This document shows, piece by piece, positions 1 to 8,263 of a stretch of DNA of 64,000 nt (position 1 is its first letter; each line of letters starts with the position of its first letter). The stretch is from an uncultured Gemmataceae bacterium (lineage in GTDB: Bacteria; Planctomycetota; Planctomycetia; Gemmatales; Gemmataceae). The translations under genes and the position numbers were made by a program. The DNA is taken from contig CAVVPN010000001.1 in NCBI GenBank assembly GCA_963750165.1, positions 224,001-288,000 on the forward strand, in the 5' to 3' direction. The notes below the pieces were generated by a model, which was not told the origin of the DNA, ran no database searches, and was given only the letters and a program-made list of their open reading frames with translations.

Positions 1-1137
1 CTCGCCGAACCCCCTCCCTACCCTTGCATCTCAGGGCAAAGGCAGCAGGTCGTGCTTCCCAGGAAACCATCCTGCCGTGCCAGAACTCCGGGATTCTGAG
101 CGGTGGGTCGTCATCCGGGGGTAAGGACGGCTTCAGGTTTTGGCTGCGCCACTGCGTTCCCCGGCTGGATAAGTTGGACTCGAACAACAAAGTGCAGAGG
201 CCGGCAAATGCAACTTGCTCATGGCGCTCTCTCACCCGCCCCCGCGCGAAGCATTCTAACTGCCCGAGGAAAACGCCCAAAAACGCAGCTTTCCGGTCCG
301 CAGGGTTGGCTGCCATTTCTTCGTGAAAGGCTTGAACTTACGTCACCAGCGACTCGGTCGTGCCACCAGGGCGGCGCTATCGCCCCTGCGGATAGGCTGG
401 CTAAACGCCAGAGACATTGCTTGGAGTGAACCTGAAGAACGGTTGGAAAATTCGTCGGTCCACGGAAAACTGCTTCCTCGCGGGGCTCCATGCCGGGAGC
501 GTCGGCATCGTGCCGAACGGGATTTTCGGAGGCATGTACTCCGGTGTTCGATGGGCGGAAGAAGGCTGGTCCCTGGTCCGCTTCGACAAGGAGTGAGTGA
601 CGGGGTGTTTGCGCGGCACACCCGGTCAAAGCCGAAACCGTCGTGAGCAACCGTACGTAAAAGTGTGGCCCCAGCAGACTCGTTTTGGGTCTGCCGGGGC
701 CGGGTGCCGTCCATCGACGCACCGTCGGCTCGGTTATCCCTTGGTCTGGTTGCGTCCCCGCAGAGCCAGCCTCTGTTTCACCGAGCAACTACCACGATAC
801 CGATTCTCCGCACCGCTGCACAAGAGCGCCACGCTTCGCCGCCAGTTCCTTGCGCCGGACGACTCCCGGTGATAGAACCGGGCCGACTTCGCCATTCCTG
901 ACCGGAGTAGACACCTGCCGTCCCGCCCCTGGATGAGAGAGGCACAGCCCCTCCCGCCCAGGAGGCAGGCGGCGCCATGCGAAGGTTCTCCCAGGTTTTC
1001 CGTTCCCCGCTGGCCGCTCCCCTCAAGCCACCGCCGCTTTTCACGGGCACGCGGGCGCCGGGTCGTGCAGACAGTTCCGCCGAGATGCCTGCACGGCCCG
1101 GTAATTCCGCTAACCCGTTGCGAAAGGAGAACGGCTG

Positions 1138-1477
1138 ATGGCACACCCCCACTCCGCGCTCGCCGACTACCTTGCCAGGCTCAAGGCCGGCGAGGCGGTT
1201 CCGCTCCCCCCCAGGCGGGGAGGAATGGGCCGAGCACGTCCGGCGCATCTCCGCCGAAGGGCAGATCGCCGAGGTGTCGGAAGAGCAGTACGACTACTGG
1301 CTCGAAGTCCTGCCCCCGCACTGGATGAACGGCTCGCACTTCTGCTTTGCCGAGGGCGCCGAGGCCTTCCGGCTCTTCTGGCATGACCGAACGACCGGCC
1401 GCTACCTCGCCCGCCAGTTCTCCTGGGACGAGACCCTGCGCTTCTGTGAGTTGGCCGGCATTCCGCGGCCTTACTGA
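1138..1477 (+). pseudogene. DUF1419-like protein, split by a 1-nt frameshift in a C7 run (1206-1212)
   Basis: GAAAGGAG RBS before ATG 1138. Removing one C joins MAHPHSALADYLARLKAGEAVPLP to GGEEWAEH...YDYWLEVLPPHWMNGSHFCFAEG, which resembles the DUF1419 motif. Confidence 0.6.
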
Positions 1478-1498
1478 GGCCCGACAGTCCCGGAGAAA

Positions 1499-1718
1499 AT
1501 GCAGCATCCGATACGTCATCCACGTTACGACCCTGCGCGAACCGATCCGCTTCTTCGCCAAGGGCCGGACCCGCGAGGAGACCCGCGCCGAGGCACTGGC
1601 CTTCATCTACGCCTGGCCCCTGAAGGCCAAGAACCAACCCTGCGGCTTCCGCATCGAGGAGAGCCGCTGGCTCTTCCCCGACATCCCACCCACGACGAAA
1701 GGAGACCATCCCAGATGA
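1499..1718 (+). pseudogene. Small hypothetical protein with an apparent extra base right after the ATG
   Basis: GGAG RBS and ATG at 1499. The protein-like frame SIRYVIHVTTLREPIRFF is offset by 1 nt. Its stop overlaps the next start (ATGA at 1715). Confidence 0.4.
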
Positions 1719-1927
1719 TCGTTGACCGCAAAGACGGCTCGTGCCGTTCCTGCGGCGGCACGCTCCGCGTGATCGACGCCGACGACGCGACCCTGACGGT
1801 GAACTGCCTGGACTGTCAGGACACCTACGAGGTAGAGACCGACGCCTTCGGCGATGGTTGCATGACCTACTACCTGGGTTTTCTGGCAGAGGCCCTCCGG
1901 CACAGGCAGAAAGGAGCAAACCCATGA
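1715..1927 (+). CDS. Small zinc-ribbon protein (70 aa)
   Basis: GAAAGGAG RBS; CRSC and CLDC cysteine pairs; ATGA coupling at both ends. Confidence 0.7.
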   Translation: MIVDRKDGSCRSCGGTLRVIDADDATLTVNCLDCQDTYEVETDAFGDGCMTYYLGFLAEALRHRQKGANP

Positions 1928-1987
1928 TGCACGCACGCCGCTGGTGCATTGACGAGCCCGAGGACGCCGATTGGAAAGGAGAACGAC

Positions 1988-2347
1988 GTGAATGACGCGC
2001 CTCACGGTCCGGAGCGCGGCCCCTCCGACGAGTTGCGGTACGAGTCCGAGAACCTCGACCGCGAGCTTGCCCAGGTGGAACTGGCCGATATCGTCCGGCT
2101 CAAGAAGCCTTACGGCTTGAAAATCGACCGGCAGAAGGGGCCGTTCGGGTTCGGCATCGTGGCCGAAATCCTGACGGTGCTCCCTGACGGCCGCACGCGC
2201 AACGTGAGCCTGTATCTCTACGACCCGGAGCGGAAGGAGATCTTCCTTGGGCCGAATGGGGTGCCTGAGTTCGTGGACTGCCACTGCTCGGAGATCGAAC
2301 TGTACAAGCGGGCAACGGACATGGGTTACGGCCCGCTGCTGGAGTGA
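1988..2347 (+). CDS. Hypothetical protein (119 aa)
   Basis: GAAAGGAG RBS before GTG 1988; protein-like composition; last gene of the small-ORF operon. Confidence 0.7.
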   Translation: MNDAPHGPERGPSDELRYESENLDRELAQVELADIVRLKKPYGLKIDRQKGPFGFGIVAEILTVLPDGRTRNVSLYLYDPERKEIFLGPNGVPEFVDCHCSEIELYKRATDMGYGPLLE

Positions 2348-2698
2348 ACGAGGGGGCGGCGCCGGCAAGAAGCGGCCCGCCCCATTCCGGCATTCTGCAA
2401 AGGTTACATGGCGCCGCTCCTCTCTTCGTCTGCTTCCCTCCACCGAAATGGGCTGACAACCACAACAGTCCAGCAACGCGCTGCCGGGAACGTATCGAAT
2501 CGTCGGACCAGGCGGATCGGAATGGCCCCCCGAAAAGCGGCGCGCTGTGCGGGTGATTTTGGGATCGTCACCACCCGGAAAACCGCCGGTTGCCGGGAGC
2601 AAGAAAGTGTTTCAGGAGGAGCGTGACCGCCACGACCACCAGTGTGGGCAGCGGATACTTGCAGGCCAGCCACCCGGCGCCCAGGAAGAACAAAGCCG

Positions 2699-3493
2699 TC
2701 ATCGCGTTTCCTCCTCCCGGAAGGTGAGCGAGGGAGACACCAGACCAGTCGCAGTCCGGCCGTGCGGCTCGCGGCACTCCTCCGCTCGTGTTTCCCCCTC
2801 CCGACTCGAACTCGTTGTCTCCTCGGCCGCGTCGAACGGCTTCACGATACGGCGCTGGTAACGGAGCACCGTCGGCGGCAGCGACTCCTCCCCCGCCCGC
2901 CGCCGTGCGTCGTTTAGCAGGCGGAGGACGTTCAGCATCTGCTGGCGAACGCGCGCATAGGGCTCGAACGGTACGGTGTAAAGCTCGCGGCTCAGAGTTT
3001 CCGCCGGCCTGCGGACCGCCCTTTCCAAAAAATACGCCTTCAAGTCCCGGTACGCCTCCTGGCCGATCTGGACCCGTGAGTGCCACTTGTCGTCCGGCTC
3101 CGGCGGGTCGTCCGTCCCTGCCCTGGGCTTGAAATCCCCTTGTTTGTACGTGATGGAGTAACCTGAAAAGTGAAGCGGCAGCCTGCGGATGTCGCGGACC
3201 CGCTCCCCTTCCTCCTCGAAAAAACGGTGTTTGCCGTGGGTGGCGAGGAGGACGAAGAGACGCCCGTGGCGAAGGTAATGCAGGTTGGCGAGGCCGGCAA
3301 GTTTCCGCCGCGCCCGCGTCTGGCGCGAGATGGCGATGCCGTACTTTTCCTGGAGCTTCCCGTCCACGGCCCGCGGATCCTTGCCCGTGGGCACCCAGCC
3401 GCTGACGTAGAACCAGTAGCCGTGGGGCAGGTAGCAACAGGCCAGTTGCTGGACGAACCCCTCGACCGTCGTTGCTTCGCAGCGGTAGTGCAT
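2699..3493 (-). CDS. Conserved hypothetical protein (264 aa) of a type I associate with Planctomycete mobile elements
   Basis: Globular-looking segment from MHYRCEATTVEGFVQQLACCYLPHGYWFYVSG within ORF 2699..4054. The upstream part of that ORF looks non-coding. Confidence 0.75.
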   Translation of the reverse strand: MHYRCEATTVEGFVQQLACCYLPHGYWFYVSGWVPTGKDPRAVDGKLQEKYGIAISRQTRARRKLAGLANLHYLRHGRLFVLLATHGKHRFFEEEGERVRDIRRLPLHFSGYSITYKQGDFKPRAGTDDPPEPDDKWHSRVQIGQEAYRDLKAYFLERAVRRPAETLSRELYTVPFEPYARVRQQMLNVLRLLNDARRRAGEESLPPTVLRYQRRIVKPFDAAEETTSSSREGETRAEECREPHGRTATGLVSPSLTFREEETR

Positions 3494-5038
3494 ACGGTGA
3501 AAAGACCATTCCTTCCCCGGCGTGGCGGAAGGCGGGGTTGTTTGTTGACGGCCAACCCCACGCCGATGAAAACCGTTTTCCCCGAAAGGCGCAAGGGTCG
3601 GTCCGGGCGTCGTACCCTTCCCAAACACGCAAGCTCCGACCCAGGAAAAACCTCCCTGCCACCTTGAAAACCTCTCCCTCGAAACGGTTCTCGGCGGGCC
3701 GCCACTATATTCCAAGTGCGACCGCGCCGAATTTATACGCGTACCGTCTGCGAACCTCATGGCGGACGGCGGCGTGTCCCAGGGACACGCCGCCTGTCCG
3801 CCGCCAATTTGCCGCCACAGGAGGCCTTTTCTCCCGAAAAAGTCTCCTGTGACCGCTTCGCCTCCCGCCAAGGAATGCGGCGCGAGGCCCCGTACCAAGG
3901 GAGCCTCGCGCCCGATCTTCCGAACGCTCAAAAAGCCAGTCAGCCCTTTCGTCGTGGCAAATGTGTCCGGCACCACCCGTTGACACGCCAGCGGGTCGCG
4001 ACTGCCTTGCCGCACGCACCGCCCGGTTCCACCCCTGGCTCCCGCCAAAGGCATCCCCGGCTGTCTACTCAGGCCCCACTCCCAGACTCCAGCATTTCAA
4101 GCACGTGGGGAACCAAGCCCACGCACCGGCGACCAGGCCGGCCGCTGGAGCCCTTCCCGCGTTAGCCATCTCCTTCGTCTTCTGGGTCACGTGGCTATCG
4201 GGCGTTACCCCGAGGACCTCTGGCCGTATGTCCGGGCTCCCGCCGCGGCATAGTTTCGGCAAGGCCGTTTCTTACCCGGCTTCGCCATTTCGGGGGACAG
4301 AATATAGAAGCTCCTCCCTTACCCTTCGGCCAGGGTCGTTCGCCGTCACCACGGGCCGCTGTCGGCCTGCAGATGACATTCTCGGCGTCGTCTCCCAGAA
4401 AACTCACCGGCAAGCCCTTACGGGCCTTTCATGGTTGAGCTTTTCACGTCTCCGCGTTTAACGGAGTACACGGGTCAGTCTTACCCGTTTCCTGCTGTTG
4501 CCAGGCAGGAAGCTCCCCACGCCGGCCAACGTTCCACGAACCTCGCGTAGCGAGGCCCGAGGCCCGCGGGCGGATTTGCGGCCTGCCAGGCAGGACCGCG
4601 CACCAGCTTTGCAAGATGGCGGCTTTGGCGCACGCGCCAAAGGATGTCCGCGTCGCCCACATTCAGTACGAACGCATAGGATAGAACGCTGAGATTGCTC
4701 TTCTGGGAAACAAAGCCAGGAAGGATTACTTCAGCGAGCCTCCTTCGAGCACGGACAAGCCACTCTCGCGGCAATCCGGCTCTACCGGCACAGCACGTGA
4801 CGGCTGGTTAGTGCCATCCTCTTAGCCTGGTTGGTGGCCAGGTTTACCGAGCGTGCTGCGCGAACGGAAGACCGTGGTCAAAGCGTTTACGTCATTGACG
4901 ACCGGCAGGACCTATCCTCGCCCTGCGGTGCGGACGATAGCGCAGGAGGGGCGGAAGAACCACGACGATTCAGCCGTGCCGGCCAGACCCCCCGCCGGCG
5001 CGGGCGGGCGCCCGGTCGGAATAACACCGGCGGGCCAA

Positions 5039-5096
5039 CTACCTCGCTACCTCGCTACTCCACTACCCACCACACTACCGGTAGCGCGGCAGCGCA
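5039..5096. repeat. 8-bp-period CTAC repeats ending in a CTACCGGTAG palindrome; candidate operator/centromere
   Basis: CTAC at 5039, 5047, 5055, 5063 and 5075, then inverted GTAG at 5081; about 110 bp upstream of the ATPase start. Confidence 0.65.
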
Positions 5097-5207
5097 CCGG
5101 ACCCGCCACGCCGTGTCGGATCCCCCTTGCGGTCGTCGTGCGGATCGTCTTACCCTGCCCCCAGGGTACAGGATGAACCCCGATCACCCGACGAACCGAG
5201 GCGCCCC

Positions 5208-6047
5208 ATGACCGACTATCTCGCCCACTTCGGCCTCAGCAAGGCCCCGTTCTCGACGACGCCGGACCCAGCCTTCGCCTTCGCGACCCGCGAGCACCGG
5301 CAGGCACTGGCCAAGATCGCCTACTACACCGAGGAGCGGCGCGGGATGTTCCTCTTGTTGGGTGAAGTGGGCACGGGGAAAACCACCATTTCGCAGTTGA
5401 CCAGCAACCGCTGGCGCTCCGAGCCGGGTCGGTTCGTCGCCGCGCACGTGACCGACCCCTCGCCGCGGACGCCGGCTGCCTTCCTGCGTCTCGTGCTGGC
5501 CTCCTTCGGCTTGCCGACCATGCGCAACCTCCTCGACCTCAAGGCGGCCTTCCGGCGGTTCCTCGTCGAACAGTACCGGGCCGGCCGCACCGTCGTGTTG
5601 CTCATCGACGAGGCCCAGACCATCCAGTCGGTCAACCTCGACACGCTCCAGGCGATGGCGAACGAGCAGACGCAGACCGCCAAGCTCCTTCAGGTCGTCC
5701 TGCTCGCCCAGCCGAACTTCGAGTACAAGCTCACGCAGAAACCCGCGCTCCGCTCGCGCATCGCCGGCGGCACCACGCTCAATTCCCTCACGCCGGACGA
5801 GGGAGTGGACCTCCTGCGCCACCGGATGGGCGTGGCGGGCGGCGACTTCGACCGCATCTTCCCACTGCCGACCCACAAGACGCTGTACAACGCGACGAAC
5901 GGTGTACCGCGGGACCTGTGCGTACTCTGCGACGCCGCCCTGTTTAATGCCCTGGCCCTGAACCGCTCTGCCGTCGATCCCGAATGTCTCGACCTGGCCC
6001 TCACGGACCTGTCGTTCAAGGGCTGGCAAAGGCAGCAGGCCGCCTAA
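5208..6047 (+). CDS. ExeA/GspA-like AAA+ ATPase (279 aa), stand-alone, no transmembrane or peptidoglycan-binding tail
   Basis: YLAHFGLSKAPFSTTPDP N-terminus; Walker A GEVGTGKT; Walker B LLIDEAQ; ALRSRI; TNGVPRDLCVLCD. Confidence 0.9.
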   Translation: MTDYLAHFGLSKAPFSTTPDPAFAFATREHRQALAKIAYYTEERRGMFLLLGEVGTGKTTISQLTSNRWRSEPGRFVAAHVTDPSPRTPAAFLRLVLASFGLPTMRNLLDLKAAFRRFLVEQYRAGRTVVLLIDEAQTIQSVNLDTLQAMANEQTQTAKLLQVVLLAQPNFEYKLTQKPALRSRIAGGTTLNSLTPDEGVDLLRHRMGVAGGDFDRIFPLPTHKTLYNATNGVPRDLCVLCDAALFNALALNRSAVDPECLDLALTDLSFKGWQRQQAA

Positions 6048-6068
6048 ATCCCATTTCCGCCGGACACC

Positions 6069-6617
6069 ATGACCCGCAAGACCGCAAGCCTCGCCTACCC
6101 CGCCGACCCCCTCGCCGCGATCCGCGAGCTCCAGGAACTGGACGCGCGGCCGGCCGATGGCCAGGGCGGAGCCGGTGGCCGGGCCTCGGAACCCGGTCCC
6201 ACGCCGGCCCCGCGCCCTCTGCCCCCGCCCGAAGCCGCCGCGCCACCGCCAATGTCAGCTACCAGTAGCGCGGTAGCGAACGCTGGCGGTAGCGATGGAA
6301 GTAGCGCTACCAGCAGCGCAGAAGGTGGCGTTCTCCGTCCACGGCCCGGAAGGCCTGCCGGCCGACCGCGTGTCGAATCGGCAAGACATGAAACGGGCGG
6401 GAATCGGGACCCGATCGCGGAGGCGGTGCGGGAGATGCTCTCCGGGCCGTACGTGTCCGACCCAAGGAAGGGACCGTTCACGGTCTCCACGGTGAAGATC
6501 CCCACCGAGGTCTGGGACCGGCTCGGCTGGCTGTCGGCGTGGGCGGGGCGACCCAAGCAAGAGATCATCGCCGACGCGCTGAGGGAACATTTCGTGAAAA
6601 TCCTCAAGGACAGGTGA
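6069..6617 (+). CDS. Protein with a disordered N-terminus and C-terminal ribbon-helix-helix-like domain (ParG/CopG-like)
   Basis: Pro/Ala/Gly/Ser-rich N-terminal region; C-terminal TVSTVKIPTEVWDRLGWLSAWAGRPKQEIIADALREHF fits the beta-alpha-alpha RHH pattern. Confidence 0.7.
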   Translation: MTRKTASLAYPADPLAAIRELQELDARPADGQGGAGGRASEPGPTPAPRPLPPPEAAAPPPMSATSSAVANAGGSDGSSATSSAEGGVLRPRPGRPAGRPRVESARHETGGNRDPIAEAVREMLSGPYVSDPRKGPFTVSTVKIPTEVWDRLGWLSAWAGRPKQEIIADALREHFVKILKDR

Positions 6618-6624
6618 GGGGGCC

Positions 6625-7746
6625 GTGTCACGGGCACTAATACCGAACAGCACGCAGGTTCCGGACGTCATCCTCGACCGCTGGATGGCCGAGTTGTCCG
6701 GGGCGGAGTTCAAGGTGCTCTTGTACATCGCCCGCCGCACCTACGGCTTCGGGAAAGACGCGGACGACATCAGCCTCAACCAACTGGCCCGCGGCATCCG
6801 CCGCCGGGACGGCAGCTGGCTCGACCGAGGAACCGGGCTGTCCCGGTCCGGGGTGAAGTCGGCGTGCAGCTCGCTCATCACGAAAGGGCTGGTCATCCGC
6901 TCGGCGAACGTTGGCAAGGACGGCAAGGAACCCGAGGAAAGCACCTATCGGCTGAATCTGTACGCTCCTCTCCCGGAGCGGGTAGGCCAGAAAAAAGCCT
7001 ACCCGGGCCAGAAAAAAGCCCACGTAGGCCGGAACGGAACCGGAGGTAGGCCGGAAATCGCCCCAGGGGTAGGCCAAAAACTGGCCCCACAAGAAACAGA
7101 TCAAGAAACAGGCCAACACCCAGCAGCAGTGGGGGCCGAGGAGCCGGAAGGGGAGGGGTCGGAGAATGCTGCTGCGTTTCTCGTCGAGGAGCTGGTCTCG
7201 CACGGGGTCGGGCGGGCCGCCGCGGAACAACTCTCCCGTAACAAACCGGCCGTGTGTCGGCGCTGCCTGGAGTACCTGCCCTACGCGAAGGTGCGGACGA
7301 CGCCCGGGGCCTGGCTCGCCAACGCCATCCGCGCGGAGTACGGCCCGCCGGAAGGATACCTCAAACAGCAGGTGACAGGGCCGGACAGCATCTCGAACAC
7401 GGGCACGCCCAAGAAACGACGGATAAGGCCGGCAGGGGACTCCCATGCCGCGATCACCGCCCGCTTGAGGGACGCCTACGAGTTGCTTGAGAAAACGCGG
7501 CCTGACGCAATTACGGCCTTTATGGCGTACCTCGCGGCGGAGCAGAGCCGGGCCAGGCGGTTCGCCGCCAAGTTATCGCTCCGCCGGAGGGAGGAATACC
7601 TGGCGACGTTCGATTCCGAGGAGCATCGCCTGCGCGGGTTCGCCCACTGGGTCGAGTCCGAGGGCCGGGCTTTCGTCGCGCCGGAAGCGAGGGGGGACCT
7701 GGCCCCGCGTGGCCCCGGACAGGCGGCCAGTTCTCCGGCGCCTTGA
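6625..7746 (+). CDS. Replication initiator with a phage lambda O-like winged-helix N-terminus
   Basis: PNSTQVPDVILD...LSGAEFKVLLYIARRTYGFGK...ISLNQL...TGLSR motif; repeat-containing central linker. Confidence 0.8.
   Translation: MSRALIPNSTQVPDVILDRWMAELSGAEFKVLLYIARRTYGFGKDADDISLNQLARGIRRRDGSWLDRGTGLSRSGVKSACSSLITKGLVIRSANVGKDGKEPEESTYRLNLYAPLPERVGQKKAYPGQKKAHVGRNGTGGRPEIAPGVGQKLAPQETDQETGQHPAAVGAEEPEGEGSENAAAFLVEELVSHGVGRAAAEQLSRNKPAVCRRCLEYLPYAKVRTTPGAWLANAIRAEYGPPEGYLKQQVTGPDSISNTGTPKKRRIRPAGDSHAAITARLRDAYELLEKTRPDAITAFMAYLAAEQSRARRFAAKLSLRRREEYLATFDSEEHRLRGFAHWVESEGRAFVAPEARGDLAPRGPGQAASSPAP
6982..7090 (+). repeat. Five intragenic iteron-like repeats (GTAGGCC followed by an A-rich tract); candidate origin
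   Basis: GTAGGCC at 6982, 7024, 7046 and 7069, plus variant CCGGGCC at 7003; spacing 21, 21, 22, 23 bp. Confidence 0.7.
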
Positions 7747-7878
7747 CGAGACCGAGACAGATCGTCCGCTCCGGCGCCCCACGCCACCTCCCGGCCTCCC
7801 CCTAGCGGCGGTTGAACCCTGCTGCCCATGATGTCAAAACGACCGACCGTTTCAGGATCAGCTCGGGGCTGTGGAAAA

Positions 7879-8058
7879 GTGTCCCACCGACTCGCGGGCC
7901 AGCTAATGGAGATCGTTTCCAGGTGTCCCACCGAGAGCCTTGGCCGGGATGGTAGACGGAATGTTCGCCAAGGGAGCCGCGGCGTTAGGAAAGTCGCTGA
8001 AACGCTGTTCCTGGTGGGACACCTCAGATCCGAACGCCCGCAGGCCGGGTGTCCCACC
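7879..8058. repeat. Four copies of GTGTCCCACC (three direct, one inverted)
   Basis: Direct copies at 7879, 7923 and 8049; inverted GGTGGGACAC at 8013; intergenic. Confidence 0.75.
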
Positions 8059-8263
8059 AGCGACACACCGGTGGGAAGGGGGACCGTCAAGCCTACAAAG
8101 CGTCGGCTTCCAGCACTGACTGCCGACCACCATTCGGCGGACGTGAACGTGAGACTCCCGTTGTCCGTTATCGGTTTGCGCCACCCTGCAGGACTCCGGG
8201 TCAGGGCTCAAGGCTTTCCTCCGGGCCGAAAATGGTGCAGAACCAGTGGGTGACCGGAGGAGG

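Noticed and set aside
1..1030. Several overlapping ORFs at the window start
   Set aside because: No recognisable motifs, RBS pattern or protein-like composition, so no gene could be supported.
3500..5030. ORFs in the 1.5-kb gap before the ATPase, including the long 5' extension of ORF 2699..4054
   Set aside because: Arg/Pro-rich translations typical of non-coding frames; no family recognised.
5208..6047. ExeA-like ATPase as evidence of a type II secretion system or a Tn7/Mu-like transposon
   Set aside because: No gsp genes, no membrane or peptidoglycan-binding tail, and no adjacent DDE transposase or TniQ.
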